Shown: in pieces, positions 40,248 to 54,442 of the stretch
Position numbering within the stretch: position 1 is the first letter of the stretch
Layout of the letters: each line of letters begins with the position of its first letter
Assembly (NCBI GenBank): GCA_951406725.2
Contig: OX597842.1
Coordinates: forward strand, 682,001 to 746,000
Direction: 5' to 3'
Length of the DNA: 64,000 bases
DNA from: Octopus vulgaris
Lineage: Eukaryota
Position numbers and translations under genes: made by a program
The notes under the pieces: model-generated
Told to the model about the DNA's origin: nothing
The model's database searches: none
Seen by the model: only the letters and a program-made list of their open reading frames with translations

Positions 40248-40634
40248 GCTTGCTTACGAACCACATGATCCCGGGTTCCGTCCCACTGCATGGCACCTTG
40301 GGCAAGCGTCTTCTACTATAACCTTGGGATGACCAAAGCCTTGTGAGTGAATTTGGTAGACGGAAACTGAAAGAAGCCCGTTGTATATATGTATATATAA
40401 ATATATCTGTATGTATGTATGTCTGTGTGTCTATGTTTGTCCCCCCAACATCGCTTGACAACCGATGCTGGTGTGTTTACGTCCCCACAACCTAGCGGTT
40501 CGGCAAAAGAGACTGATAGAATAAGTACTGGGCTTACAAAGAATAAGTCTTGGGGTCGATTTACTCGACTAAAGGCGGAGCTCCAGCATGGCCGCAGTCA
40601 AATGACTGAAACAAGTAAAAGAGTAAAGAGAGTA
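40248..40634 (+). mobile_element. SINE-A, 5' end clipped by the fold-back element
   Basis: Starts at GCTTGCTTAC; normal tail. Confidence 0.85.
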
Positions 40635-40654
40635 AATCTAAATAATTCCTCATC

Positions 40655-41720
40655 CCTTAAATACAGAACATCCCATCTTTCATTCAAACAAAGTGTATCT
40701 AGGAGTACATTATCTAATGTATAGTATTGTAGATAGTATTTCGCCCCAGGTCACTCCAGATTCAGTAGACCTATAATCCAAGTTCCTCCAGCTGTGACCA
40801 TCCCATCTTTTATGATGTAGTTGTTAGTATTAATGGCTACACTTGTTTTATCGCATATCTGCTGGATCTGACAGACCTGGGGCTAAATAATAACAACTAT
40901 GACCACTAAAGACAGGATGGTCATAGATGGAACGTCTTTGATCATCAGTCTGCTGGATCAAAACTGTCCTGGCACTAAAGAACAACAGCAACTACAGCCA
41001 TCATTTATATTAAATACTATACTGTGCATTAGATAATGTAGTCCTAGATACACTATGCCTGAATAAAAGATGGGATGGCCACAGCTGGAACGTCTTTGAT
41101 CATAGCTCTGTCTGGATCTGGACTGACGTGGGGCTAAACAACAAAACAGCCAGTAATACTATCTACATTAGATAATGTAGTCCTAGATACACTATGCCTG
41201 AATAAAAGATGGGGTGGTCACAAGTGAAATATCTATGATCATAAGTCTGTTGGATCTGGACTGACCTGGGGCTAAACAACAACAACAGCCAGTAATACTA
41301 TCTACAATATTATACATTAGATAACATAGTCCAAGATACACTATGCCTGAATAAAAGATGGGATGGTCACAACTGGAACGTTTTTGAACATAGATCTGTT
41401 ACATCAGGACTGACCTGGGGCTAAAAAAACAACAACAGCCAGTAATACTATCTACAATATTATACATTAGATAACATAGTCCAAGATACACTATGCCTGA
41501 ATAAAAGATGGGATGGTCACAACTGGAACGTTTTTGAACATAGATCTGTTACATCAGGACTGACCTGGGGCTAAAAAAACAAAGCCACTAATACTAAATA
41601 CGATATTATACATTAGATGATGTAGTCCTAGATACACTAGGTCTGAAAAAAAAAAGACAGGGTGGTCATGAATGGAATATATTTTGAAACCAGGTCATGC
41701 GGATCACAATAGGGCTATGG
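40655..41720. repeat. 138-150 bp tandem repeat (~6 units) preceded by an inverted unit
   Basis: 41281-41430 is identical to 41431-41580; ~40670-40850 is a reverse-complement unit. Confidence 0.9.
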
Positions 41721-42767
41721 CAAAAGGCTACAACAAACACCGCAAATACAACCATGACCACCACTAACAACAACTATTTATAAACCAATGTGACATTTCC
41801 TCTGTCAATACATCACAGAAATTCAGCGGAAAAACTCCTGTTATTTGCCATTTCATGTTTCCGCTATGATTCCACATCTTCCACTGCTGTATAAGGTGAA
41901 TAAATGGTATTTAAATTTCACAGGAATTGTTCTTAAGCTTATTCTGACAAGAACACACAAAAACCATCCATATGGAATTATTACCAGGCAACAAGCCACA
42001 TACATACCGAAATGTCTTGGGATATCTCAGAACCAAACAGCTTTTGTACAACATTTTTCAAGAAGAAGTACTTTTTATGACATTTTCACCAATATTCCTT
42101 CAAATTTTTCATTCCAATTCTTAAATATCTGATGAAAATGGTAAAAAAAGTACCAACATTATATTTCTTCTTTCTTCCTTTTTTTTTTTTTTTTGCAGTT
42201 GCTGATTTCTGACGAGCGAAGAAGGCAGAAGATGAGAAACTAAGGGAAAACGAATTTTTTTTTTTTTTGCTTTTCCCCAGTTTTGCATGAAAATAAGAAT
42301 ATATTTAACAAAGAATAGAATTTCTGAAAAACAGACATCACACATATGTAGATCTATATATACAAACACACACACAACTATATATATTTACAGACGAAAA
42401 CAAGAAATATAGATATTGTTTCATATACATATACACACACGTGTGTGTGTGTATGAATGTCTATATATTTTCAGGAATATTTATTAATATTTTCATATAT
42501 ACACACACACACAAACACATACACATGTGTATAAGTGAAGTTATAAATAAGTGTATCTCAGTATATATAAAAATATATGCACACATATATACATACACAC
42601 ATACCTATATCTGACCATACATACACACACATACACATATATGTATATATGTGAATGTGTGCAGATATGTATGTATATATGTGTTTGTGTGTATATATAT
42701 GTGTATCTGTGTATATATATATGTACGTATATGTATATGTATCTATATATATATATATATATCTATC

Positions 42768-42819
<52 letters not shown>

Positions 42820-43123
42820 TGATATATAGATATACATATATAGACACATAGTATACATATATACATATACATGTATGTATGTGTGTGTGTGTATACATAT
42901 ATGTGGGTGTATAATGGCACATGTATACACAGGCATTTTAATATATGTATGTACTGTAAAACAAAATCAAATGATAAAAGAAAACAACAAACCCAAAAAA
43001 GACATCAAAAACAAACCCCAAACATCCACAAAAAATTAAGAATGCAATATAGAAAATCAATTAATCTCCAATTCAAATGCTTATATGTTTATAAGGCAAT
43101 GTTAATACACACACATATATATA

Positions 43124-43167
<44 letters not shown>

Positions 43168-43188
43168 TACACACATATATATACGTGT

Positions 43189-43225
<37 letters not shown>

Positions 43226-43399
43226 GATATATATATATATATATATATACATATAGATATATACATATATATTTGTATGTATGAGTATGTAGATACATAT
43301 ACATATATGTATATATATTCATCCACTTATGTATCTTATGTATATAAATATACACTTATATATATGTACGTATGTGTGTGTGTATATGTGTGTGTCGTA

Positions 43400-43437
<38 letters not shown>

Positions 43438-43609
43438 TATATATGTACACATACACACATAGGAACACATATATGCACTTATATATATGTACGTATGTGT
43501 GTGTGAGCACGTGCACTTATATATATATATATGTATGTGTGTATATATATGTATGTATGCACGTATGTATGCATGTGTATATATATATATATCATCATCA
43601 TCGTTTAAC

Positions 43610-43642
<33 letters not shown>

Positions 43643-44193
43643 CACATACATACATACATATATATATGTGTGTGTGTATATGGGTAACTTCAAATAAGGA
43701 GAAACAAAAATAAAAAACTGATTTTTATGGAAATTTCTTTATTTCAAGCATGTATGTATAATTCTATTATATATGAGTGTGTGTTTGTGTTTGTGTGTGT
43801 ACATAAATATAAAATGTATGTAATTATGAATACATGAATATATGAATTTATTTATGCATATATACATATACACAGGCAGAATATGTATAAGCATTATATT
43901 GATATATTTATGCCTGTATGTATAATTTGAGATCATATATAGACATATACCTTTTGTGTATGTGTGTATGCATGTGTATGTACATATATATGTGTGTGTG
44001 TGTATATATGTATATATATATACATATATATATATATTCATAGGTCGTAACAAGTTTCCTTACCAGTCACATGGTTCTGGGTTCAGTCCCACTGCATGGC
44101 ACCTTGGACAAATGTCTTCTACTATAGCCTCAGGCCAACCAAAGCCTTGTGAGTGGATTCAGGACGGAAACTGAAAGAAGCCTGTCATATATA

Positions 44194-45461
44194 CAGGGGT
44201 TGGACAAAATAATGGAAACACCTTAAAATTTCAAACAAATTAATTTTAATGTGGGGTAGGACCACATTTGGCAGTAATTCCTGCTTGAATTCTATGAGGT
44301 TATGGACTCATACAAAGTTTGAATTGTTTCCAAAAGAATTTTTGTCCATTCTTCAGCTAAAACAGTCTCCAGTTCCTGTAGTGATGATGGTGAAGGATAT
44401 CAGCTCCTTACGTGTTTTTCTAAAATGCACCATAAATGTTCAATAATATTGAGATCTGGGGACTGTGGTAGCCAGATAAGATGTTCAACTTCACTAGAAT
44501 GCTCTTTGTGCCAACTTTAGTCGTGTGAATTTGTGCATTGTCATCCTGAAAGATTGCGTTTCCCTCCGAAAACAGTTCTGCAAACATAGGATGAATTTGA
44601 TCAGATAAAATGCTCAAATAATCTTGACCATTAATTCTGCCATGAAGGGAAAACATTGGGCCAGCAGATTTCTGAGATATATCCCCCCCCCCAATCATCA
44701 CAGATCCTCCTCCATGTTTAACTGTTGGAAGAAGGCAGTCTGGGTCAAACGCTTCTTTTGGCTGTCTCCACATGTATATTCATCTGGTGGTTGGAAAGAA
44801 GGCAAAAGATGACTCGGCTGAGAAAATAACATTCTTCCACTGCTCTAGGGACCAATTCCGTAGGTTTTTACTCCACTCTAAATGCTTTGCAACATTTGTT
44901 TTTGGAAGGAGTGGTTTTCTGATAGCAGCCCTCCCATGAAATCCAGCTCTGTGCAGCTTCTGACAAACAGCTTTTGTAGAAACTGCATTCCCGAGGTGGT
45001 CATTAAGCTCTGTAGTAATTCTGGGAACTATACTTTTGTGATCCATTCTAACAATTCGAGTAAAACTCTGACAGTCCCTATCTGAAAGTTTTGGTTTTCT
45101 TCCAGAGTTTTGTTCAAATGAGGAGTTTTTTCCCCTCTTTCTCAAAGGCTGTCATTACTTTCAAGACAGATCTTCTTGATACACCAAACATTTTGGCTGT
45201 TTTCATTATGCTAGCACCTGCCATACGAGCACCAACAATTGGACCTCTTTGAAAGTCCGATAGATCTGTCATTTTAATGAATTTTAATTACTTTTTTCTG
45301 ATGATATCTGAAGAGAAACAGCAATTTTAGCAAAACATATTAAGCAACTCTAATAATAAATCAAAAAGCATAAAAATAAACAAGCTTTTGACAGTTTTAT
45401 AGATATTCCAAAATTATGATGTTATGATGCTAGGTGTTTCCATTATTTTGACCAACGCCTG
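44194..45461 (-). mobile_element. Full-length decayed Tc1-like DNA transposon inserted in the SINE-A microsatellite
   Basis: TA TSD; TIR CAGGGGTTGGACAAAATAATGGAAACACCT / AGGTGTTTCCATTATTTTGACCAACGCCTG. A solo end of another copy lies at ~57527-57646. Confidence 0.93.
44246..45272 (-). pseudogene. Frameshifted Tc1 DDE transposase
   Basis: MTDLSDFQRGPIVGAR.., GRKPKLSDRD, VIFSAESSF (first D mutated), TVKHGGGSVM, FQDDNA, SPDLNIIE. Confidence 0.9.
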
Positions 45462-45715
45462 TATATATGTATATGTATGTGTATGTGAGAGTATGTGAAT
45501 GTTTGTGTGTCTGTGTTTCTCTCCCCACCATCACTTGATATCTGATGCTGGTGTGTTCACATTCCAGTAACTTAGCGGTTTGGCAAAAGAGACTGATATA
45601 ACAAGTACTAAGCTTACAAAGAATAAGTCCTGGGGTCGATTTGTTTGAATAAAGACGGTGCTCCAGCACAGCCACAGTCAAATGACTGAAACAAATAAAA
45701 GAATATATATATATA

Positions 45716-45841
45716 GTGACGTATATTTGCCATTTAAATATGTGGCTAACCCCTAAGGGTGGATGCTACTGTAGAGGCTACAAACTACAGTAGCATCCAC
45801 CCTTAGGGGTTAGCCATATTTAAATGGCAAATATACGTCAC
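45716..45841. repeat. Inverted repeat, ~58 bp arms, 10 bp spacer, beside (TA)n
   Basis: GTGACGTATATTTGCC..CTGTAG / CTACAG..GGCAAATATACGTCAC. Confidence 0.92.
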
Positions 45842-46432
45842 AATGTGTTGTAGCTACTGTTTATAACTCGCTCTAAGATTTATTATTGCTGATATATATA
45901 TATATATATAGATATATATATGTGTGTGTGTGTATTAATAAATATCAGGGTAGGAAAAATTTGAAAAATGTTTACTACTAGTGACCTAACATGCTGAAAA
46001 CTAGTCAATAGACTATATATTATTCATATAAATACTATGTAGATTGAAACACATAAGAGATGACCATCATAGGACACCTGACTTGCTAGAAGGAGTAGCC
46101 AAAATCCAAACCACTATTAGGGGTAATTTCAAAGGGAATGGAAAATAAAAACATTTACCATCTTTCTCCTGGACCATGGTTTTGAACTCTAATAAATGTA
46201 CACTGTATTTATATATATATATGTATATATGTGTATATATATATTTCTATTTATGTATATATACACATAGAGGTGCAGGTGTGGCTGTGTGGTAAGGAGC
46301 TTGCTTCACAACTGTATGGTTTTGGGTTCAGTCCCACTGTGCGGCACCTTGGGCAAGTGTCATTAGCCCTATGCTGACAAAACTTTGTGGCTGGATTTGG
46401 TAGACAGAAACTGGAAGAAGCTTGTTGTGTGC

Positions 46433-46474
<42 letters not shown>

Positions 46475-46628
46475 TGATAAAAATGGTAAGACAACAGAAG
46501 AAAGAAAGAGACCTCGATATTATGTAAATAGAAGAATTTATCTGTAAATATAATATGTGACAATTATTCAGTAGCCAAGATAAAACTCTGAGATTCGGAT
46601 ATCGGCAGAAAGGATTTTATATAAAAGA

Positions 46629-47011
46629 CAAGAAAAACACCCACTCCGTCCAATGGACGGTGCTGAGTTGTCAAACATTTAAACCAAATTTTCTCAAAAT
46701 AACTTGTCTGACCATCCCATAGGCCTCCCCTTTGAGAAACACTGATTTAACCTAAATTTGAGACACCAGCAAAAGAAGAAATAAAGATGGACTTTTTTTT
46801 GTATTCCAAGAAAAGCGATTTTACAAATGCACATTCCCACGGCTTTATTGATCGCATTCTCACCTGGAATTGATTTTTGAAATTTTTTTCAAGACTTATA
46901 CACACCCTGATACCGTTGGTATCTACATATCAAATTTTAGCACAATCGGGTGGAGGATGCCCGAGATCCTAGAAGACACACACACACACAGAACGGATTT
47001 CATATAATAGA
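46629..47011 (-). mobile_element. Possible non-autonomous Helitron/HINE-like relic
   Basis: On the minus strand it starts TCTATTATATG with a TG microsatellite and ends with a CCGTC/GACGG hairpin before CTTG-T. Confidence 0.45.
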
Positions 47012-47368
47012 CATATAACTGTATATAAAACCTTTTGGGTTTGTTTATACATGTGTGTATATATAAATGGGGAGAATTCACAAAAAAAACCCAAAAGATG
47101 AAGACAGGTGGTGTAGACAACACTTGGGAAGTGAAAAAGTCCTTAATGTTTTGAGCCTACGCTCTTCCACAGAAAGGAACACAGAAAGAAACAGGGAGAG
47201 AAAATAAAGAATGTGTAGTGGCTAGCGATCTATCATAGCAAATATATATATATATTTATATATATAAGTCCAGCAACAATTTAGATTCCAATGAATATGG
47301 TACTTAATTTAGATGCACCAGAATTTTTATGGTGTTATCCATAAAAATATGCGGGGTGATTATAATAA

Positions 47369-47675
47369 AAAAATAAGCAACAAGAATGAATCCGGTAATT
47401 TAGTACAATTGTTTCATACTACAACATTTTATTAAAAGCTGTAAATATTACAGCAGATTTAAGATGCCGAGTAATCGTCAGCTAAATTTTATATAGGTTT
47501 TCCAATAATATAAAGTTTTCAAATCAAGTTTTATATTATTGGAAAACCTATATAAAATTTAGCTGAAGATTACTCGGCATCTTAAATCTGCTGTAATATT
47601 TACAGCTTTTAATAAAATGTTGTAGTATGAAACAATTGTACTAAATTACCGGAGTCATTCTTGTTGCTTATTTTT
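47369..47675. repeat. Inverted repeat, 146 bp arms (2 mismatches), 15 bp spacer, one HHR per arm
   Basis: Arms 47369-47514 and 47530-47675. Confidence 0.95.
47556..47647 (+). ncRNA. Type-I hammerhead ribozyme (mirror copy 47397-47488, minus strand)
   Basis: AATTTAG-CTGAAGA-tTACT..AGTAt-GAAA-CAATTG-TA-CTAAATT; 7 bp stem I, palindromic helix III, GUA cleavage site. Confidence 0.8.
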
Positions 47676-47678
47676 GAC

Positions 47679-47722
<44 letters not shown>

Positions 47723-48222
47723 AGAATTCACGATAAAACAAAAGACGAAGACAGGTGGTGTAGACAACAAACAGATGTATTAGCTTAACACTAGGGAAGT
47801 GAAAAAGGTTTTAACAGAAAGAAACAAGGAAAGAAAATAAATAGAGAAAATGAAGAATACAAAAACACAATTCTCTCCTTTTCTTTTAACTTGGCTTCAG
47901 TCACCTGATTGCAGCCATGCTAGGGAACATCTTGAACAATCTTTAGTCAAATGAATCACCCCCAGTCCTTTTACATTTTTCTTAAGATTAGAACTTATTC
48001 TATCGGTCTCTTTTACTGAACTGCTAAGTTGCAGTGACATAAACATAACATGGCCACAGTCTAAAGACTGAACCAAGTAAAAGAGATACGTATCTATGTA
48101 TGTGATTGTTCAGTTTTATTTCAAGATTTCTCACCAATAGAGAAAGATCCAGTTTCCAACCTAAATCCAAGGCTCCTTCATCAGAATTTCAACATCAACT
48201 TGGTATTTTTTGTATATATGTA

Positions 48223-48624
48223 TAGGCGCAGGAGTGGGTGTGTGGTAAGTGGCTTGCTTACCAACCACAGGGTTCTTGGTTCATTCCCACTATGTGGCAC
48301 CTTAGGCAAGCATCTTCTACTATAGCCTCGGGCCGACCAAAGCATTGTGAATGGATTTGGTAGACGGAAACCGAAAGAAGCCCATCGCGTATATGTATAT
48401 AGGTGTGTGTATGTGTGTCTGTGTTTGTCCCCGCCAACATTGCTTGACAACCGATGCTGGTGTGTTTACATCCCTGTAACTTAACAGTTGGGCAAAAGAG
48501 ACAGATAGAATAAGTACTAGGCTTCCAAAGAATAAGTCCTGGGGTCGATTTGCTCGACTAAAGGCAGTGCTCCAGCATGGCCACAGCTAAATGACCAAAA
48601 CAAGTAAAAGACAGAGTAAAGAGT
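48223..48624 (+). mobile_element. SINE-A full copy
   Basis: Head, internal microsatellite and tail. Confidence 0.9.
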
Positions 48625-48639
48625 ATTTGTGCAGATTTG

Positions 48640-49205
48640 TATGTTTTGCTTTATGTATTCTCATGCATATAGCCACATATCTAAACATGCTCATATATAT
48701 CTAAATGATAAACTCCTGGAAAGTTTAACAGATTTTTAGAGTTACAGCGATAGCTTGGATCTGTAATCTTCAAATCAGCTCTCTCCCTTCGGGTTTTGTG
48801 AGGCCTAATTTCTCAAGATAGGTATTTAAGCAGTTCATTACATATCCCAGTTCTCCAACAATCACAGGTATAAACCTGAACTTGTAACCTGGATAGAGTA
48901 GCTGTAGATTCCTCCATAGTTCAGTGTAGGTATTCTCTTTTTTGCTGATCTTTAGCTTTATGTTAACATCTGCTGGGCAGCTGATTTCCACAACTGTATA
49001 CAGTTTCTCTTCTCTATCCCAAATTACTATGTCAGGTCTATTATCATTATTGTATCTGTGAATATTATATTTTTGGGGTTATTTTTTTTCTTTTAAATCA
49101 GGGGATTGTGTATCAGAAATTATGGTGGAATAGGGAAACAAAAACTGGTCTGTTATGTTTACATTTTACTGAGGTTTTCACTGGGACATTCCACCAGTAC
49201 TCCTT
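48640..49205 (-). mobile_element. Decayed 3' end of a third RLE non-LTR family
   Basis: KEYWWNVP, RPDIVIWDRE..VEISCPAD..K..Y..FIPVIVG. Its 3'UTR recurs at ~52214-52292. Confidence 0.8.
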
Positions 49206-49217
49206 TTTATATACATA

Positions 49218-49578
49218 CTAGCAGTATCGCCTGGCGTTGCTCGGGTTTGTGTCGACCCTTTAGAATTGGAATTTTTGAAAAGTAAAAATTTTGCATTATG
49301 TAGCTTGATATTCTATTTAAGTGAACATTTTTCAGCTGAAATACACCGTAAAAAATAGGATTTTCATAGGAAAAAAAGCACCTTTTTGATGTAACTAATT
49401 TTTGGTCTTAACATGGTCCGATTTGAATTTTTTCTTCTACGGAAGGAAGAGCAAGCCTTCTTCTATCATACTCTCAATTTTGGTCAACTTGCGCTGCAGG
49501 GTCTCAGAGGAGATAGTGTTAGTTGAAGGCTACCAAACCTGCCATACACAGTCAACCTCAGCTTTATATATATATAGA
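49218..49578 (-). mobile_element. Non-autonomous Helitron
   Basis: Minus strand A|TCTATATATATATAAAG 5' end; 3' hairpin CCCGAGCAACGCCAGG followed by CTAG|T. Confidence 0.75.
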
Positions 49579-50175
49579 TGTATGTTTTTATGCATGTTTG
49601 TCTTGAGTATGACTTTAAACAGCATCTGGTTGTGGGACCCTGGCACAGGGCTTTGAGAAGCATGAAACCATCACTTAGTTACAGTTGGTTCTGAGGACTA
49701 CTCTGACCCAGAACAGTAGCTCCTGTTAGGGTCCCAGCTCTGTGTAACTAGTATGTGAATCACAAGGAATTAAGGACCTCTAGTCCTCATTAGAACTTCC
49801 TTGAAGAGACTTTCTGGACACCCTGTAGGTCAAAGACAGGACGTGTAAAGTGCTGATGTGCTCCTTGAGGGCTAATGGCCATCAAGGATCAATGACTTCT
49901 ACAATAGCTGTGGGTTGGCCAATATTTTAGAAGTGGAATCTGGTACACAGTGCAGATTGCAGATGTCCAAACTCTTTGCACATGCACGCGCGTGTGATGC
50001 ATATTTGTCTGATGTACAGTATTATTATGATGTTTCGATATCTTTCTGGTGTTAAGTTTTTATGCTGTTGATTCACTGACTGGAAATTATACCTATTGTT
50101 ATGAGGATGTAATATATAAATATATAACATACACACATGCATATATATACACACACATGGCTGTTTGTAGGCATG

Positions 50176-50206
<31 letters not shown>

Positions 50207-50509
50207 ATGTATATATGTATATATATATGTGTGTGTATATATATATATACATATGCATATGTATGTATATATATAGATATGCATATATACATGTGTGTGT
50301 TTGTATGCATGTGTATATATTTATACATGTGTGTGTGTATATACTAGAAGTATTTAATATATGTGTGTGGTCCCTTCATTATATATTTTTCCCAATTTTT
50401 TGTTTTCCCCTGTTCCACCATAATGTTCTGATAAACAACCCCCTGATTTAAAAGAAAAAAAAATATACAAAAAATATAATATTTACAAATACAATAATGA
50501 CATATCATA

Positions 50510-50524
50510 ACAACAGCAACAATA

Positions 50525-50559
<35 letters not shown>

Positions 50560-50588
50560 AATAATGATAATAATAATGATAATAATAT

Positions 50589-50621
<33 letters not shown>

Positions 50622-50663
50622 TAATGATAATAATAATAATGATAATGATAATAAAAATAATAA

Positions 50664-50694
<31 letters not shown>

Positions 50695-50794
50695 AATAAT
50701 GATAATAATAATGATAATAATAACGATAATAATAATAATAATGATAATAATAATAATAATAATGATAATAATAATAATAATGATAACAATAATA

Positions 50795-50826
<32 letters not shown>

Positions 50827-50842
50827 GATAATAATAATAATG

Positions 50843-50891
<49 letters not shown>

Positions 50892-50932
50892 TAATAATAA
50901 TAATAATAATGATAATAATAATAATAATAATG

Positions 50933-51029
<97 letters not shown>

Positions 51030-51160
51030 CAATAATAATAATAATAATAATAATAATGATATTAATAATAATAATGATAATAATAATGATAATAATAAAA
51101 ATAATAATAATAATAATGATAATGATAATAATGATAATAATAATAATAATAATAATAATG

Positions 51161-51192
<32 letters not shown>

Positions 51193-51271
51193 AATAATAA
51201 TAATGATAATGATAATAATAATAATGATAATAATAATAATAATAATAATAATGATAATAATAATAATAATA

Positions 51272-51323
<52 letters not shown>

Positions 51324-51385
51324 CACTATTAATAATAATAATAATAATAATGATAATAATAATGATAATAATAATAATAATAATG

Positions 51386-51419
<34 letters not shown>

Positions 51420-51459
51420 TAATAATAATAATAATAATAGTAATAATAATAATAATATG

Positions 51460-51544
<85 letters not shown>

Positions 51545-51624
51545 TAATAATAATAATAATGATAATAATAATGATAATAATAATAATAATAATAATGATA
51601 ATAATAATAATAATAATAATAATG

Positions 51625-51703
<79 letters not shown>

Positions 51704-51790
51704 TGATAATAATAATAATGATAATAAAAATAATAATAATAATAATAATAACAATAATAATAATAATAATGAAAATAATAATAATAACAG
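50510..51790. repeat. 1.3 kb (AAT)n/(GAT) tract
   Basis: Direct reading. Confidence 0.97.
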
Positions 51791-52172
51791 CAACAATATT
51801 ATTATTAAGAACAACAGCAGCAGCAGCAGCAGCAACAAATAACCTTTTGATTAAACTGCATTGTTATGGCTTTCAGATCTGCTGCAATTTAATTGACGCA
51901 ATTCTTTAAAGTTACCTTAAACCCCTCCCTCCACCCCCACCACTTTTTAATACCGTTTCCATGGAACCGGATGAACTCTTGAGGTAACTGTGTGTGAATG
52001 TGTGGGTGTGAATGTGTGTGTGTGTGTGTGTGAATGTGTGTGTGTGTGTTTGCATGTGTGTGTGTATGTGTGAATGTGTGTGTGTTTGCATGTGTGAATG
52101 TGTGTGTGCGTGTGTTTTCATGTGTTTGTGTGTGTGTGTGTGTGAATGTATGTGTGTGCGTTTCCATGTGTG

Positions 52173-52206
<34 letters not shown>

Positions 52207-52354
52207 AATGTACGTTTTGCTTTATGTATTCTCATGCATATAGCCACATATCTAAACATGCTCATATATATTTAAATGATAAACTTCTGGAAGTGTGAAT
52301 GTGTGTGTGTGTGCATGTGTGAATGTGTGTGTGTGCATGTGTGTGTATGTGCGA

Positions 52355-52385
<31 letters not shown>

Positions 52386-52819
52386 TTCAGTTGACAGATG
52401 ACTTTTTGAAATACCCATGTAAAAAAATGTTTTCTAAAAAAACATTGGAATTCTGTCCTCGATCTGTCTTGAATAGTCATTAGATTGTGGCCATGCTGGG
52501 GCATTGCCTTCAAGAACTTTTTAATTGTATGTATAAACCCCAATAATAAAAAAAATAAATGCGCCCTTTTAAAGCCTAGCCAAGCTCATGTGCCCAGTTT
52601 CCTGGTTTCTATGGTGTATGTGTTCCCCAGCTGGATGGGACGCCAGTCCATCGCAGCTTTACTCATTTTTGCCAGCTGAGTGGACTGGAGCAACGTGAAA
52701 TGAAGTGTTTTGCTCAAAAACACAAACCGTTGCTCAGTCCAGGAGTCGAAACCACAATCTTACGATCATGGTGCTAACACGCTAACCACTAACCCAAATG
52801 CCTCCATGGACCCCAATAC

Positions 52820-52869
52820 GTGACAAGAACAGGACGTAAAAGCATGCTTTTACGTCCTGTTCTTGTCAC
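52820..52869. repeat. Perfect 50 bp spacerless palindrome
   Basis: GTGACAAGAACAGGACGTAAAAGCA|TGCTTTTACGTCCTGTTCTTGTCAC. Confidence 0.95.
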
Positions 52870-53140
52870 TTTTTTTCTTTCTTTGTTTTTACCCCTCTGC
52901 AAAGGAATTTTATTCAATTCATTTTGCATGAAGAATTGCTTTGGCCAGATCGTGTTCTGTCCTTACCTTCGAAACATGCATTGAGTCAAAACAGGGGCAA
53001 CTGATGAAGGGGAATATTCCTTGTATTGTTTGTCTTGTACTCTGTTTTTTCGTTGTTAAAAAAAGTCCATTTCCTCGTTTGTTTTTATGTTTTCATTTTT
53101 CGTTGTGTTCTACGTTTATTTGTGGTGTCCTGTACTCATA

Positions 53141-53224
<84 letters not shown>

Positions 53225-53346
53225 TGCATATATACATATAGTTGTAGATACGTACATATATGTATGTATGCATATATTTTGTTTATTAAATTGTTATTAT
53301 ATGACTGAGCGCCTCGCGTCGTTTCGTTTCTTATCCTCCAAGTAAG

Positions 53347-53390
<44 letters not shown>

Positions 53391-53939
53391 GAATTAGAGA
53401 TATATAGTTTTCCTTGTTTCAGTCATTTGACTGTGGCTATCCTGGGGTACTGTTTTATATATATATATAATGGGCTTCTTTCAGTTTTCATCTACCAAAT
53501 CCACTTACAAGGCTTTGGTTGGCCCAGGGCTACAGCAGGGGACACTTGCCCAAGGTGCTATGCAGTGGGATTGAACCCAGAACCATGTGGTTGGTAAGCA
53601 AGCTTCTTACCACACAGCCACTCCTGCACCTTGTTTCCATTTCATCCATCTTTTCAGAAATCTTCTCCGTCAGCTGTAACCTCTTGCATTATCCAAGACT
53701 TGCAGTTCTTCTTCTGCTCATTACCATTTTGTCCAATTCCACCTGTCCTTAGCCATACGCATCATATGTCCCCAAGCAATCCTTCAGGCTTCAATACACA
53801 GCATAGAAGGTCTTATTTGAATAACTGAGAATGATATCCATCTCTCAGTGGATGAAATCCATTTTTTTTCTATAGATCCTTCTAATAACGGAACTATATT
53901 ACATACGTACATATATGTTTGTATGTATGTATGTATGTA

Positions 53940-53972
<33 letters not shown>

Positions 53973-54166
53973 GTATGCATGCATGTATGTATGTGTATGT
54001 ATGCGTGTGTGTGTGTATGTGTATATATATATGTATGTATGTATATGTGTCTGTGTATGTATGTATGTGTATATATATATACGTATATGTATGTATTATG
54101 TATATATATATGTGTGTGCGTATATATATATATATATGTACGTATGTATGTATATATGTATGTATG

Positions 54167-54235
<69 letters not shown>

Positions 54236-54397
54236 ATATATGTGTGTGTATATATATATATATGTACGTATGTATGTATATATATATATATGTATGTATG
54301 TTTGTATATATGTATGTATATATGTGTATGTGTGTATGTATGTATGTATGTAGATATATATATATGTATGTATATGTGTATGTATGTATATATATAT

Positions 54398-54442
<45 letters not shown>

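Noticed and set aside
40655-41720. CRISPR-like periodicity
   Set aside because: Whole units are homologous with no unique spacers, there are no cas genes, and the context is eukaryotic.
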